A stretch of 64,000 nt of DNA from NCBI GenBank assembly GCA_016868105.1, contig VGIA01000001.1, positions 666-64,665 on the forward strand. The letters are read 5' to 3'. The position numbers and the translations under genes are program-made. This stretch comes from Betaproteobacteria bacterium (lineage in GTDB: Bacteria > Pseudomonadota > Gammaproteobacteria > Burkholderiales > SG8-39). The notes beneath the pieces are model-generated. The model was given only the letters and a program-made list of their open reading frames with translations, searched no databases and was not told where the DNA came from. Positions 47,229 to 58,332 of this stretch are shown here, piece by piece (positions within the stretch are counted from its first letter, which is position 1; every line of letters starts with the position of its first letter).

Positions 47229-47262
47229 CTTCGTTTCTCTGGGCTCGTTTGGTGAGGCGCGC

Positions 47263-47292
47263 ATTTTAGCCGAGAACGCCCCGGATTAACAA
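47263..47292 (-). promoter_or_regulatory. candidate rpsO promoter
   Basis: The minus strand reads TTGTTA-N18-TAAAAT in the AT-richer truB-rpsO spacer, about 35 nt upstream of the rpsO ATG. Confidence 0.35.
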
Positions 47293-47307
47293 GTTTTTCT
47301 TGCTTTT

Positions 47308-48216
47308 TCAGCCGGTTGCGCCCTGCCGGGCGCGCTGCGACAACAGCCTGAGCGGGCGCAGCCTTCGGTCCAGGCCGACTTCGCCGACGCCTAGCAGCGC
47401 GCCGTCGTGCCCCAGCACTCTGCAGGCCTGGGCCGGTTCCATGGCTGCCGGCACGGCCTGCCCCTGGGTGAAGCGCAGCGCCTCCTCCGCGCCCAAGCTG
47501 GCCACGGGCAGCATCGCCAGCATGCTGTCCGCGGGCCGCAAACAGGCCTGCCGGTCCGCCTCGTCCATGGCCCGGAACCGCTCCAGGCTCACCGCCTCGG
47601 CGATCGTGAAGGCCCCCGACCCCGACCTGCGCAGCGCCTCCAGGTGGGCGCCCGTGCCAAGGACTGCGCCCAGGTCTGCCGCGAGCTGCCGGATGTACGT
47701 TCCCTTGCTGCAGCGCACGCACAGGCGCAGCAGGTCCTCGTTTCGCTCCAGCAGCGCAAGCTGGTGGATCGTCACCTGGCGCGCTTCGCGTTCAACCGAC
47801 TTGCCGGCGCGGGCAAGTTCGTACAAGGGCCTGCCCTCGCGCTTGAGCGCCGAGTACATCGGCGGCACTTGCGTGATCTCGCCCCGGAAGCGCGCCAGTG
47901 CTGCGGCAACCTGCGCATCGTCGAGTGCAACCACCCGCCGCTCCAGCACTTCGCCCTCGGCGTCCCCGGTGGCGGTCCGCACGCCGAGCCGCACCGAAGC
48001 GAGGTAGCTCTTGTCGGAATCCAGGCCGAAGCGGGCGAATCTCGTCGCTTCGCCGAAGAGCAGTGGCAGCAGGCCCGAGGCGAGCGGATCCAGGGTGCCG
48101 GCATGGCCGGCCTTCGCCGCCGCCAGCAGCCGCCTGGCCTCCTGCAGGGCAGCGTTGGAGGAGATCCCCACGGGCTTGTCCAGCAGGAGGATGCCGTCGA
48201 CCACGCAGCACTTCAT
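47308..48216 (-). CDS. truB: tRNA pseudouridine(55) synthase
   Basis: DGILLLDKPVGISSNAALQEARRLL...KAGHAGTLDPLASGLLPLLFGEATR...PPMYSALK; 302 aa. Confidence 0.95.
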   Translation of the reverse strand: MKCCVVDGILLLDKPVGISSNAALQEARRLLAAAKAGHAGTLDPLASGLLPLLFGEATRFARFGLDSDKSYLASVRLGVRTATGDAEGEVLERRVVALDDAQVAAALARFRGEITQVPPMYSALKREGRPLYELARAGKSVEREARQVTIHQLALLERNEDLLRLCVRCSKGTYIRQLAADLGAVLGTGAHLEALRRSGSGAFTIAEAVSLERFRAMDEADRQACLRPADSMLAMLPVASLGAEEALRFTQGQAVPAAMEPAQACRVLGHDGALLGVGEVGLDRRLRPLRLLSQRARQGATG

Positions 48217-48223
48217 GCAGCTG

Positions 48224-48577
48224 TCAGCCCTTGCGTGGGACGACGCTGTCGATCAGGCGCGAGAGGCGGTCGCCCCGCGCCACCGACTCGTCATAGGCGA
48301 AGCGCAAGGTCGGGGCGGAATAGATCTTGAGGCGCTGCGCCAGCTGCGATCGCAGCAAGCCAGAGGCGCGCGCAAGGGCCTCGCTGGCGCCGGCGGCTCG
48401 CGTCTCCTCGAGGCAGGTGAAATGGACCACGGCACGGCTGCAATCGGGTGACATGTCGACCGCGGTGAGCGTCACCATGCCCAGGCGCGGATCGCGCAAC
48501 TCCCGGGCGAGGATCACCGAGAGCTCGCGCTGCACCTGGTCGGCGACCTTGCGCGCCCTGCCCGAGCGCCACGCCAT
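48224..48577 (-). CDS. rbfA: ribosome-binding factor A
   Basis: RARKVADQVQRELSVILARELRDPRLGMVTLTAVDMSPDCSRAVVHFT...; 117 aa. Confidence 0.95.
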   Translation of the reverse strand: MAWRSGRARKVADQVQRELSVILARELRDPRLGMVTLTAVDMSPDCSRAVVHFTCLEETRAAGASEALARASGLLRSQLAQRLKIYSAPTLRFAYDESVARGDRLSRLIDSVVPRKG

Positions 48578-48584
48578 GGCGGTC

Positions 48585-51185
48585 CTAGAGGGACCGCGCG
48601 ACTTCGAGGACTTCGAACACCTCGAGCTGGTCGCCGGCCTTCAAGTCCTGGTGGTTCTTCAGCGACAGGCCGCACTCGAAGCCTGACTTGACCTCGCGCA
48701 CGTCGTCCTTGAAGCGCTTGAGGGCGTCGATGTCGCCGGTATGGATCACCACGCTGTCGCGCAGCACCCGCACCTGGGCGCCGCGCTTGACCAGGCCGTC
48801 GGTGACGTAGCAGCCGGCCACGGTTCCCACCTTGGAGATGCGGAACACCTGGCGCACCTCGAGCGTGCCGAGGACGCTTTCCCTGCGCTCCGGGGCCAGC
48901 ATTCCGGTCAGGGCGGCCTTCACTTCCTCGACCGCTTCGTAGATCACGTTGTAGTAGCGCACGTCGACGCCGGAGGACTCGATGAGCTTCCTCGCGGTGG
49001 CGTCGGCCCGGGTGTTGAAGCCGACGATCACGGCGCGCGAGGCCATCGCCAGGTTGACGTCGGATTCGGTGATACCGCCGACGCCGGCGTGGACCACGCT
49101 CACCTGCACCTCCTCGGTCGACAGGCGCGTCAGCGCGTGCGCCAGCGCCTCCTGCGAACCCTGCACGTCGGCCTTGATCAGCAGCGCGAGGGACTTCTTG
49201 CCCTCCTCGCCCATGGTCGCCATCATGTTCTCGAGCTTGGTGGCTTGCTGCTTGGCGAGCTTGACGTCGCGGTACTTGCCGGCGCGGAATATCGCCACCT
49301 CGCGCGCCTTGCGCTCGTCAGCCAGCGCCACCACCTCCTCGCCCGCGCGCGGCACCTCCGACAGGCCCTGCACCTCGACCGGGATCGACGGCCCGGCACT
49401 CTGCACCGGCCTGCCGTTCTCATCCAGCATGGCGCGCACCCGGCCGTAGACCGCGCCAGCGACGATGACATCGCCGCGCTTGAGCGTGCCGGACTGCACC
49501 AGCAGCGTCGCCACCGGGCCGCGGCCCTTGTCCAGTCGCGCCTCGATGACCGCGCCCTTCGCCGGCGCGTCGACCTGCGCCTTGAGCTCCTTCACCTCCG
49601 CCTGCAGCAGGATCTGTTCAAGCAGCTCGTCCACGCCCTGGCCCGTCTTGGCGGACACCGGCACCACCGGCGACTCGCCGCCGAGATCCTCCGGCACCAC
49701 GCCATTGGCCAGCAGGTCCTGGCGCACCTTCTCGGGGTTGGCCTCGTGCTTGTCGATCTTATTGATCGCCACCACCAGCGGCACCCCGGCCGCCTTGGCG
49801 TGCGCAATGGCCTCGATGGTCTGCGGCATGGCGCCGTCGTCCGCCGCGACCACCAGCACCACGATGTCGGTGACCTTGGCGCCGCGCGCCCGCATCGCCG
49901 TGAAGGCCTCGTGGCCGGGGGTATCGAGGAAGGTGATAACGCCGCGCGGGGTCTCAACGTGGTAGGCGCCGATGTGCTGCGTGATGCCGCCCGCCTCCCC
50001 CGAGGCGACCTTGGTGCGGCGGATGTAATCGAGCAGCGAGGTCTTGCCATGGTCGACGTGGCCCATGACGGTCACCACCGGCGGACGCGGCAGGAGCGCC
50101 GCGGCGCTCTGCTCGCTGGTGTGCACCAGGTCGGCTTCCGGATCATCCAGTCTCGCCGCCTTGGCGGTGTGGCCCATCTCCTGCACCACGATCATCGCGG
50201 TTTCCTGGTCCAGGGCCTGGTTGATGCTGACCATGGAGCCCAGTTGCATCAGGACCTTGATCACCTCGGCGGCCTTCACCGCCATGCGGTGCGCGAGCTC
50301 GCCCACAGTGATGGTCTCCGGCACCGCGATCTCGCGCACCACCGGCTCCGAGGGCTGCGCCAACGCCGGCTCCCCGGAGACCTGCACCGAACCGCCGCGG
50401 CCGTGGCGCGAGCCGCCGCGACCGTGCCAGCCGGCGACGCCGCCGCCCATGTCGCCACGGGTCTTCATCGCCCGGCGTCGCACGCCGTCGTCCCGCAGCA
50501 CGGTGGTCTTGACCTTCTTCGCCTTCCTGTCGGCCGGCTTCGCCTCGCCCGTCTTGGGCGCGTGCAGCGTGCCCTCCTTTGCCGGCGCAGGCCCAGGCGC
50601 CGGCACCTGAGCCGCCGGCGCCTGGGCCTGCGCCGCCCGCTGCGCCTCGCGCTGCAGGGTTTCGCGCTTCTCGCGTTCCTGCTTCTCGCGCAGCTCGGCG
50701 GCCTGGATGTCCGATAGCGCCTGGTGGCGCTTCTGTTCCTGCTCGCGCAGGGCCAGTTCGCGCGGGTCGAGCGTGGGCGCACGGGGCGCCGCGGCTGCGG
50801 GCGCCGGCGCGGGTTCCGGTGCAGGTTCCGGCGCGGCAGCGAGCGGCGATGGCGGTGGTTCCGCGGCGGCCTTGGCCAGCTCGTTCGGGTCGCGCTTGAC
50901 GAACACGCGCTTCTTGCGCACCTCGACCTGGATGGTGCGCGCCTTGCCGGAGGCGTCCGATTTCTTGATCTCGCTGGTCTGCTTGCGCGTCAGCGTGATC
51001 TTGTTCTTGGCCTCCGCGGAGCCGTGCGCCTTGCGCAGGTACTCCAGCAGCCGCGACTTGTCCTGCTCGGTGAGCGAATCCTCGGGCACGCGCTTTTGCA
51101 CGCCGGCGGCGCGGAGCTGCTCGAGCAGCAACGAAGGCGGGACTTTCAGTTCGCTGGCGAACTGCGCGACGCTGGTCTGGACCAC
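48585..51185 (-). CDS. infB: translation initiation factor IF-2
   Basis: [26 protein letters not shown]..., a charged/Ala-Pro-rich linker and the G domain [16 protein letters not shown]...DTPGHEAF...NKIDK. GTG start at 51185; 866 aa. Confidence 0.97.
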   Translation of the reverse strand: MVQTSVAQFASELKVPPSLLLEQLRAAGVQKRVPEDSLTEQDKSRLLEYLRKAHGSAEAKNKITLTRKQTSEIKKSDASGKARTIQVEVRKKRVFVKRDPNELAKAAAEPPPSPLAAAPEPAPEPAPAPAAAAPRAPTLDPRELALREQEQKRHQALSDIQAAELREKQEREKRETLQREAQRAAQAQAPAAQVPAPGPAPAKEGTLHAPKTGEAKPADRKAKKVKTTVLRDDGVRRRAMKTRGDMGGGVAGWHGRGGSRHGRGGSVQVSGEPALAQPSEPVVREIAVPETITVGELAHRMAVKAAEVIKVLMQLGSMVSINQALDQETAMIVVQEMGHTAKAARLDDPEADLVHTSEQSAAALLPRPPVVTVMGHVDHGKTSLLDYIRRTKVASGEAGGITQHIGAYHVETPRGVITFLDTPGHEAFTAMRARGAKVTDIVVLVVAADDGAMPQTIEAIAHAKAAGVPLVVAINKIDKHEANPEKVRQDLLANGVVPEDLGGESPVVPVSAKTGQGVDELLEQILLQAEVKELKAQVDAPAKGAVIEARLDKGRGPVATLLVQSGTLKRGDVIVAGAVYGRVRAMLDENGRPVQSAGPSIPVEVQGLSEVPRAGEEVVALADERKAREVAIFRAGKYRDVKLAKQQATKLENMMATMGEEGKKSLALLIKADVQGSQEALAHALTRLSTEEVQVSVVHAGVGGITESDVNLAMASRAVIVGFNTRADATARKLIESSGVDVRYYNVIYEAVEEVKAALTGMLAPERRESVLGTLEVRQVFRISKVGTVAGCYVTDGLVKRGAQVRVLRDSVVIHTGDIDALKRFKDDVREVKSGFECGLSLKNHQDLKAGDQLEVFEVLEVARSL

Positions 51186-51186
51186 G

Positions 51187-52701
51187 TTACGCGGCCTCCT
51201 TGGTTTGCGGCGCCAGCGGAGCCTCGGCGGCGAACCAGTGCGCGCGCGCCGCCATGATCAGCTTCTTGGCGCGCTCCTCGTCCAGGCCGGTCAGCTCGGC
51301 GAGCTCGTCCACCGCGAGGTCGGCGAGGTCGTCGCGGGCCTTGATCCCGCCCTTGGCGAGCTTGGCCGCGAGCTGCGAGTCCATGCCCTCCAGCCTGAGC
51401 AGTTCCGGATCCACGCCATCGAGACTTTCCTCGCTTGCGATCGCCTGCACCAGCAGCGCGTTGCGGGCCCGGCTGCGCAGCTCGTTCACGATGTTCTGGT
51501 CAAAGGCGTCGATTTCCATCATTTCGTTGATCGGCACGTAGGCGACTTCCTCCAGCGTGGCGAAACCCTCTTCGATCAGGATCGCCGCCACCTCCTCGTC
51601 CACGTCCAGCTTCTCCATGAACAGGTTCTTGAGCCGCGCGCCCTCCTCCTGCTGCTTCTTGGAGGATTCCTCCTCGGTCATCAGGTTGATGGTCCAGCCG
51701 GTGAGTTCAGAGGCGAGGTGCACGTTCTGCCCGCCGCGGCCGATGGCGATGGCGAGGTTCTCCTGGTCCACCACCACGTCCATGGCGTGCTTTTCCTCGT
51801 CCACCAGGATCGAGCTCACTTCGGCGGGCGCCAGCGCGCCGATCACGAACTGCGCAGGGTCGGCCGACCAGAGCACGATGTCGACGCGCTCGCCGGCAAG
51901 TTCCTGCGTCACCGCCTGCACGCGCGAACCGCGCATGCCGACGCAAGTACCGATCGGGTCGATGCGGCGGTCGCTGGTGAACACCGCGATCTTGGCGCGG
52001 ATGCCGGGGTCGCGGGCGGCGGACTTGATCTCCAGCAGCCTTTCCTCGATCTCCGGCACCTCCAGCTCGAACAGCTTCATGATGAACTGCGGCGCGGTGC
52101 GCGAAAGGATCAGCTGGGGTCCGCGCACGCCGCGCTCGATCTTCATCACCCAGGCCCGCACCCGGTCGCCGACGCGCAGGTTCTCCTTCGGGATCATCTG
52201 CTCGCGAGGCAGCAGCGCCTCGAGGCGCCCGGACTCGACGATGGCGCTGCCACGCTCCATGCGCTTGACCGTCCCGGTGACCAGCTCGTCGCCGCGCGAC
52301 AGGAAGTCGTTCAGGATCTGCTCGCGCTCGGCATCCCGGATCCGCTGCAGGATCACCTGCTTGGCGGTCTGCGCGCCGATGCGGCCGAACGGCACGTTCT
52401 GGATCGGCTCCTCGATGACATCATCGAGCTTGGCGTCGGGCTTGCGATCCTGCGCCTCCTCGACCGACAGCATCTGGGCGTTGATCCAGTCCGGCGCGTC
52501 GTCGGGCAGTACCCGCCAGCGGCGGAACGCCTGGTAGTCGCCGGTGTCGCGGTCGATCGCGACGCGCACGTCGACGTCCTCGGCGAAGCGCTTCTTGGTC
52601 GCGGAGGCGAGCGCGAGCTCCAGCGCCCCGAACACGACGTCGCGGTTCACGTTCTTCTCGCGCGCCAGCGCGTCCACCAGCTGCAAAATTTCCCGGCTCA
52701 T
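51187..52701 (-). CDS. nusA: transcription termination/antitermination factor NusA
   Basis: [37 protein letters not shown]..., S1 and KH domains, and C-terminal acidic repeats; 504 aa. Confidence 0.97.
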   Translation of the reverse strand: MSREILQLVDALAREKNVNRDVVFGALELALASATKKRFAEDVDVRVAIDRDTGDYQAFRRWRVLPDDAPDWINAQMLSVEEAQDRKPDAKLDDVIEEPIQNVPFGRIGAQTAKQVILQRIRDAEREQILNDFLSRGDELVTGTVKRMERGSAIVESGRLEALLPREQMIPKENLRVGDRVRAWVMKIERGVRGPQLILSRTAPQFIMKLFELEVPEIEERLLEIKSAARDPGIRAKIAVFTSDRRIDPIGTCVGMRGSRVQAVTQELAGERVDIVLWSADPAQFVIGALAPAEVSSILVDEEKHAMDVVVDQENLAIAIGRGGQNVHLASELTGWTINLMTEEESSKKQQEEGARLKNLFMEKLDVDEEVAAILIEEGFATLEEVAYVPINEMMEIDAFDQNIVNELRSRARNALLVQAIASEESLDGVDPELLRLEGMDSQLAAKLAKGGIKARDDLADLAVDELAELTGLDEERAKKLIMAARAHWFAAEAPLAPQTKEAA

Positions 52702-53172
52702 TTACCGCCTCTTGTGCAGGTTGCGTTGCGGCAGGTCCGGCGCCAGCCGGGCCCGCTGTATTGCATCCAGTTCCAGCGCCATCTGGCGGCCGTCGACCTC
52801 CAGCACGGCCAGCCCGTCTTTCGCGCCCCGCAGGATCCCGGAGAAGCGCTTGCGCCCATCGGCATCCGGCACCCTCAGCCGCACATCCGCCTTGTGCCCC
52901 GCGAAACGCGCGAAGTCCTGCGCCTTGCGCAGCGGGCGATCCAGCCCGGGGGAGGACACCTCCAGCCTGTCGTATTCCACGCCCTCGACCGCAAACAGGT
53001 GCATCAGGTGGCGGCTGACGCTCGCGCAGTCCTCGACGTTGATTCCACCCCCGCCTTGCGGCCGGTCGATGAATATCCGCAGCAACTGCCCGTGGTTGGA
53101 CAGCTGCATCTCGACCAGCTCGAAACCCAGCCCCGCCAGGGTCGGCTCTACGATGTCCGCCAAAGCCGCCAT
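52702..53172 (-). CDS. rimP: ribosome maturation factor RimP
   Basis: IVEPTLAGLGFELVEMQLS...LLRIFIDRP...YDRLEVSSPGLDRPL; 156 aa, immediately upstream of nusA. Confidence 0.93.
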   Translation of the reverse strand: MAALADIVEPTLAGLGFELVEMQLSNHGQLLRIFIDRPQGGGGINVEDCASVSRHLMHLFAVEGVEYDRLEVSSPGLDRPLRKAQDFARFAGHKADVRLRVPDADGRKRFSGILRGAKDGLAVLEVDGRQMALELDAIQRARLAPDLPQRNLHKRR

Positions 53173-53207
53173 CCGCGCCTGCCTTTAGCCTGCTCTGCCC
53201 GCTGCTG

Positions 53208-53233
53208 AAACAAAAAATGGGCCGAAGCCCATT
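53208..53233 (-). terminator. rho-independent terminator downstream of rluB
   Basis: The minus strand reads AATGGGC-TTCG-GCCCATT followed by TTTTTGTTTCAG: a 7-bp stem, a tetraloop and a U-tract. It lies 56 nt after the rluB stop. Confidence 0.6.
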
Positions 53234-53288
53234 ACCTTGAAACATTTGAAGTTTAACAGGTTTTCGCTAGCCGGACAATGCGCCAGGG

Positions 53289-54107
53289 CTAGCGCCGCGC
53301 AACCTTCAGGAACGAGGCCACCAGGGCGGGGCTGGCCTCGACCCAGCGCCCGGGGGTCAGGTCCGAGGGCAGCGCCGCAGGGCCGAAGCGCCGGCGGACC
53401 AGCCGGCTCACCGGGTGGCCGAGGGACTCGAACATGCGCCGCACCTCGCGGCTGCGGCCTTCGCGGATCACCACCTGGTACCAGCGATTGAGGCCCCCGT
53501 CGGTGGCGCGCGGCAGCGGGGCGATCCGGGCAAAGCGCGCCGGACCGTCCGCCAGCGTCACGCCCTCGCACAAGCGCTTCTGCTCCTGGAGGGTCAACTC
53601 GCCCTTCACGCGCGCATGGTATTCGCGATCCACGCCGTGCCTGGGGTGCATGAACCGGTTGGCCAGCTCGCCGGAGTCGGTGAACAGCAGCAGGCCGGCG
53701 CTGTTCAGGTCGAGGCGCCCGATGGACACCCAGCGCCCGTGGGCGAGCGGCGGCAGGCGCGCGAATACCGTGGCCCTGCCCTCAGGATCGGAGCGGGTCA
53801 CCAGTTCGCCGACCGGCTTGTGATAGAGCAGCAGGCGCGGCGCGACCGCGGGCACCGCGGCGGCGACCGGCTTTCCGTCGACCGCGATCACTGCGCCGGG
53901 CAGCGCGCGGTCGCCCAGTTTCGCGACCTTGCCATCCACGCTGACCCGCCCGTCGCTGATCCAGACTTCGATCGCACGGCGCGAGCCCAGGCCCGCGGCG
54001 GCCAGCAGCTTCTGCAGCCGCTCCCCCCCGGGTCTAATCGGCGGCAGGTTGGGCAGGAGCGGACTGGGTCGTGACCGGCGCGGGGGCCGGGGTCGGGTCC
54101 AGCTCAA
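53289..54107 (-). CDS. rluB: pseudouridine synthase, RluB/RsuA family (S4 domain + catalytic domain)
   Basis: [38 protein letters not shown]...[22 protein letters not shown]...REYHARV. The only canonical upstream start is TTG 54107, which overlaps scpB by 74 nt. The true start is uncertain. Confidence 0.85.
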   Translation of the reverse strand: MSWTRPRPPRRSRPSPLLPNLPPIRPGGERLQKLLAAAGLGSRRAIEVWISDGRVSVDGKVAKLGDRALPGAVIAVDGKPVAAAVPAVAPRLLLYHKPVGELVTRSDPEGRATVFARLPPLAHGRWVSIGRLDLNSAGLLLFTDSGELANRFMHPRHGVDREYHARVKGELTLQEQKRLCEGVTLADGPARFARIAPLPRATDGGLNRWYQVVIREGRSREVRRMFESLGHPVSRLVRRRFGPAALPSDLTPGRWVEASPALVASFLKVARR

Positions 54108-54630
54108 GGGTGCGCGCGACCTCCTCGAGCGGCGGCAGCTCCTGCAGCGACACCAGGCCGAGGTCGTTGAGGAAGGACTGCGTCGTGGCGTAGAGCGCCG
54201 GGCGCCCCGGCGTGTCGCGGTGGCCGACGACGTCGATCCAGCCGCGGCTCTCCAGCGTCTGCATGATCTGGGCCGAAACCGCGACGCCGCGGATGTCCTC
54301 GATGTCGCCGCGGGAAACCGGCTGGCGGTAGGCGATGATCGCCAGCGTTTCCATCACCGCGCGCGAGTAGCGCGGCGGCTTCTCGGGATTGAGCCGTTCC
54401 AGAAACGACTGGAACTCGGGCCGGGTCTGGAATCGCCAGCCGCCGGCCAGGTTCACCAGCTCGACCGCGCGACCGGACCATTGCTCGCGCAGTTCGCCCA
54501 GCAGGCGGCGCAGGGTGTCCGGGCCGATCTGGTCCTCGAACAGGCGCTTCAGCTCCGCGAGGGACACCGGTTCCTGCGAGGCGAGCAGCGCGGCCTCGAT
54601 GACGCGTTTGGCTTCAGCCGGGCTGAGCAT
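54034..54630 (-). CDS. scpB: SMC-Scp complex subunit ScpB
   Basis: [18 protein letters not shown]...[11 protein letters not shown]...[31 protein letters not shown]...GRPALYATT; 198 aa. Confidence 0.9.
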   Translation of the reverse strand: MLSPAEAKRVIEAALLASQEPVSLAELKRLFEDQIGPDTLRRLLGELREQWSGRAVELVNLAGGWRFQTRPEFQSFLERLNPEKPPRYSRAVMETLAIIAYRQPVSRGDIEDIRGVAVSAQIMQTLESRGWIDVVGHRDTPGRPALYATTQSFLNDLGLVSLQELPPLEEVARTLELDPTPAPAPVTTQSAPAQPAAD

Positions 54631-55438
54631 GGGCGATTCTGGCGTAGATCGGGGCGAAACTGCCCGACTGGGTGATTTCGATCAGGGTCTCGCGCGCCAG
54701 CTCCAGCAGCGCGAGCAGCGTGACCACGAGCACGGCGACGCCGCGGGCGGGGTCGAACATCTCGCCGAACTCGAGCACGCGGTGCTCCTTCAGCTGGCGC
54801 AGGATGCGGCTCATGTGCTCGCGCACCGACAGCTGCTCGCGCGACACCTTGTGGTGGGCGCTCAGCCGCGCGCGGTGCAGCAGCGAGCGCCAGGCCTCGG
54901 CAAGATCGCGGGGGTGCACCTCGGGCAGCTTCGCGGCCGTGGTGCGCTCGACGTACACCGCCACCGCGAGCAGGTCGCGGCCCAGTTGCGGCAGCTCGTC
55001 CAGCTTCTGCGCGGCCAGCTTCATGCGCTCGTACTCCAGCAGGCGGCGCACCAGCTCGGCGCGCGGGTCCTGCTCCTCGGCCGCGACCACCGCCGGCTGC
55101 GGCAGCAGCATGCGCGACTTGATCTCGATCAGCATCGCCGCCATGACCAGGTATTCGGCCGCAAGCTCGAGGTTCTTGGCCCGCATCAGGTCGACGTACT
55201 CCAGGTACTGGCGCGTCAGCGGCGCCATCGGGATGTCGAGGATGTTCAGGTTCTGCTTGCGAATCAGGTACAGCAGCAGGTCGAGCGGCCCCTGGAAAGC
55301 CTGCAGCATGATCTCGAGCGCATCCGGCGGAATGTAGAGGTCGGTCGGCATCTCGGCGAGCGGCTCACCGTAGATGCGCACCACGTTGGTGGCGAGGACC
55401 GCCGGCTGCGCAGGGCCGGCCGCGACGGGGTCAGTCAT
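54614..55438 (-). CDS. scpA: segregation and condensation protein A (ScpA)
   Basis: [35 protein letters not shown]...[22 protein letters not shown] 55438 overlaps the trpS stop; 274 aa. Confidence 0.9.
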   Translation of the reverse strand: MTDPVAAGPAQPAVLATNVVRIYGEPLAEMPTDLYIPPDALEIMLQAFQGPLDLLLYLIRKQNLNILDIPMAPLTRQYLEYVDLMRAKNLELAAEYLVMAAMLIEIKSRMLLPQPAVVAAEEQDPRAELVRRLLEYERMKLAAQKLDELPQLGRDLLAVAVYVERTTAAKLPEVHPRDLAEAWRSLLHRARLSAHHKVSREQLSVREHMSRILRQLKEHRVLEFGEMFDPARGVAVLVVTLLALLELARETLIEITQSGSFAPIYARIAHAQPG

Positions 55439-56633
55439 AGCCCAGCCCCATCGCCTCGCGCACCTCGCGCATGGTCTCGGTGGCGAGCTGGCGCGCCTTG
55501 TCGCAACCATCGGCAAGCAGGTTCTTCACCAGCGTCGGGTCATCGAGGTAGGGCTGGGCGCGCTCGCGCATCGGCGCCAGTTCCGCCAGCATGGCCTCGA
55601 TCAGCGGCTGCTTGCACTCCAGGCAGCCGATGCCGGCCGTGGTGCAGCCCTTCAGCACCCACTGCCGACGCTCCTCGTCAGAATACACTTGGTGCAGCGC
55701 CCACACCGGACACTTCATCGGGTTGCCGGGATCGGCGCGCTTCACGCGCGCCGGATCCGTGGGCATGGTGCGGATCTTCTTCGTCACCGCTTCCGGTGCC
55801 TCGCGCAGACCGATGGCGTTACTGTAGGACTTGGACATCTTCTGCCCGTCAAGGCCGGGCATCTTCGAGGCCTCGGTCAACACCGCCTCGGGCTCGACCA
55901 GGATGCGTCGGCCGCTGCCCTCCAGCCAGCCGTAGAGGCGCTCCCGGTCGCCACGCGGCTGGCTCTGCTGCTCCTCGAGCAGGGCCCGCGCCCGGTTGAG
56001 CGCGTCGGCGTCTCCGCTCTCGAGGAATCTGGTGCGCAACTCGTTGAACAGGCGCGCCTTCTTCGAGCCCAGCTTCTTCACCGCGGCCTTCGCCTTGTCC
56101 TCGAACCCCGCCTCCCGGCCATAGAGGTGGTTGAAACGGCGCGCGACCTCTCGGCTGAACTCGACGTGCGGCACCTGATCCTCGCCCACCGGGACGTACT
56201 GGGCGCGGTAGATGAGAATGTCGGCCGCCTGCAGCAGCGGGTAGCCCAGGAAGCCGTAGGTGGTGAGGTCCTTGTCGGCCAGCTTTTGCTGCTGGTCCTT
56301 GTAGGTCGGCACGCGCTCCAGCCAGCCAAGCGGCGCCATCATGGACAGCAGCAGGTGCAGCTCGGCGTGCTCGGGGACCAGCGACTGCACGAACAGCGTC
56401 GCCTGGTTGGGATCGACGCCGGCGGCGAGCCAGTCCACCACCATGTCGTGCGCGCTGCGGGTGATGTCGCCCGGGCGCTCGTAATCCGTGGTCAGCGCGT
56501 GCCAGTCGGCGACGAAATACAGGCATGAATACTCGGCCTGGAGCTTGACCCAGTTCTTGAGCACGCCATGGTAGTGGCCCAGGTGCAGCGCGCCCGTGGG
56601 GCGCATTCCGGAGAGGACTCGGGTTTCGAACAT
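55431..56633 (-). CDS. trpS: tryptophan--tRNA ligase (long, ~400-aa form)
   Basis: RVLSGMRPTGALHLGHYHGVLKNW (HIGH-type motif)...DGQKMSKSYSN (KMSKS); 400 aa. Confidence 0.96.
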   Translation of the reverse strand: MFETRVLSGMRPTGALHLGHYHGVLKNWVKLQAEYSCLYFVADWHALTTDYERPGDITRSAHDMVVDWLAAGVDPNQATLFVQSLVPEHAELHLLLSMMAPLGWLERVPTYKDQQQKLADKDLTTYGFLGYPLLQAADILIYRAQYVPVGEDQVPHVEFSREVARRFNHLYGREAGFEDKAKAAVKKLGSKKARLFNELRTRFLESGDADALNRARALLEEQQSQPRGDRERLYGWLEGSGRRILVEPEAVLTEASKMPGLDGQKMSKSYSNAIGLREAPEAVTKKIRTMPTDPARVKRADPGNPMKCPVWALHQVYSDEERRQWVLKGCTTAGIGCLECKQPLIEAMLAELAPMRERAQPYLDDPTLVKNLLADGCDKARQLATETMREVREAMGLGYD

Positions 56634-56634
56634 C

Positions 56635-57318
56635 TCAGCTGCTCGCTATGGCTCGAAGCAGCTCGAACGCAAGCTGGTTGAGCGGCTGGAACAGGCCGGC
56701 GATGAAGCGGCCGTTGTTGACCGTGGAGTCGTAGATGCCGAATACCGCGAACGCCATGAAGAAGTAGGAACCGAGCGCCTCCGTGCGGCCGAACACCGTC
56801 GCCATCGGCGCCGGCAGGATCCCGACCAGGATGCGACCGCCGTCCAGCGGCAGAATCGGCAGCAGGTTGAACGCCATGATCACCAGGTTGACGACGACGC
56901 CGGCCATCGCCAGCCGCAGCAGGAATTCGGCCGCCGGCCCGGCGGGCAGTTCGACCCCGGCACGCAGCACGGCGGCCCAGACCAGCAGCATGGCCAGGTT
57001 TGCGACCGGCCCCGCGGCAGCCACCAGCGCCATATGCAGCCTGGGTTTCCTCAACGCCGAGTAGTTGACCGGAACCGGCTTGGCCCAGCCGAACGCGAAC
57101 TTGCCCCCCGTCGCGAGCAGCAGCAGCGCCGGAACGATCATGGTGCCCATCAGCTCGACGTGGCGCACCGGATCGAGGCTGATTCGCCCCTGTGCAAAGG
57201 CGGTCATGTCGCCGAAGTGGCGCGCGACGTAGCCGTGCGCCGCCTCGTGCAGCGTGATCGCGAACAGGACCGGGAGCGCGTAGATGGCGACGGTTTGAGC
57301 AAGTTGGCTGACGTCCAT
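56635..57318 (-). CDS. site-2 protease (peptidase M50) family membrane protein
   Basis: AITLHEAAHGYVA (HExxH)...NLLPILPLDGGRIL, with multiple hydrophobic segments; 227 aa. Confidence 0.85.
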   Translation of the reverse strand: MDVSQLAQTVAIYALPVLFAITLHEAAHGYVARHFGDMTAFAQGRISLDPVRHVELMGTMIVPALLLLATGGKFAFGWAKPVPVNYSALRKPRLHMALVAAAGPVANLAMLLVWAAVLRAGVELPAGPAAEFLLRLAMAGVVVNLVIMAFNLLPILPLDGGRILVGILPAPMATVFGRTEALGSYFFMAFAVFGIYDSTVNNGRFIAGLFQPLNQLAFELLRAIASS

Positions 57319-57433
57319 CTAGGCGGCGAATTTTATCAGACGCTCGGCCCCCTTACCTTGCCGGACCACCACCGGCCTGGCGCAGCAGGGGCTTCTGCGG
57401 ATGGGTCGGATGGCTTGGGAAGTACTGCGCCAT

Positions 57434-58306
57434 TCAGGGCCCGCTACAGAAATCCTCGATCAGCCGCGCCACCTGCTCGGGCTGGTCGTGATGCAGCATG
57501 TGCCCGGCGCCGGCGACGGTGTGGAACCTCAGCCTGGCGAAGGCGGCGCGGCGCTCGGCCAGTTCCTCCGGCGAGAGCCTCATGCGCATGCGCGTCTCCG
57601 ACTCGGCAGCTTCGACCCAGAGCACCGGCGCAGAGACACGCGACCAGCAGGCGCGCGCCTCCTCCAGCCGGGACAGCGTGGCGTTGAGCAGCTTGTGCGC
57701 CGGATCGCTGCGCAGGACCACGCCCCCGCCTTCGACCTCGCGCCCCCAGTGCCGCGCCAGGAATTGCGCCCGCTCGCGCGTCAGGCGGCGGTTATTGCCC
57801 TGCAGCCGGTCCGCGAGCTCATCGTAGCTCGCATAGGGCCGCCAGCCGGGCGCCGCCCGGAGTTCCTCCAGCCAGCGCTCATAGCGCTTGGGCGCCTGCT
57901 CGGGCCGCGTCGCCGGCATGCCGAAGCCCTCCAGGTTCACGAACCGCGCGACCCGCCCCGGGCGGATGCCCGCATAGAGGCCGCCGACGTTGCCGCCGAG
58001 GCTGTGGCCGACGAGGTTCACCGGCGCCGCGGGCTGGATCCGGTCCAGGATCGCGTCCAGGTCGCCGATGTAGTCCGGGAACCAGTAGCAGTCGGCCCCG
58101 CTCCACTGGCTCAGGCCGTAGCCGCGCCAGTCCGGGGCGTACACGTCCCAGTCCGGTTGCAGCGCGTCCACCAGGAACTGGAACGAAGCCGAGACGTCCA
58201 TCCAGCCGTGCAGCAGGAACAGGCGGCGCGACGGCTCGCCCTGCCAGTGGCGCAGGTGATAGCGCAGGCCGCGGATGTCGAGAAAGGTCGATTCGCTGTG
58301 CCGCAT
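57434..58306 (-). CDS. alpha/beta hydrolase fold protein
   Basis: LFLLHGWMD...LVGHSLGGNVG (nucleophile elbow GxSxG)...GAGHMLHHDQPE; 290 aa. Confidence 0.85.
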   Translation of the reverse strand: MRHSESTFLDIRGLRYHLRHWQGEPSRRLFLLHGWMDVSASFQFLVDALQPDWDVYAPDWRGYGLSQWSGADCYWFPDYIGDLDAILDRIQPAAPVNLVGHSLGGNVGGLYAGIRPGRVARFVNLEGFGMPATRPEQAPKRYERWLEELRAAPGWRPYASYDELADRLQGNNRRLTRERAQFLARHWGREVEGGGVVLRSDPAHKLLNATLSRLEEARACWSRVSAPVLWVEAAESETRMRMRLSPEELAERRAAFARLRFHTVAGAGHMLHHDQPEQVARLIEDFCSGP

Positions 58307-58332
58307 GGCGGGCGCTATGATACCGGCCAGCC

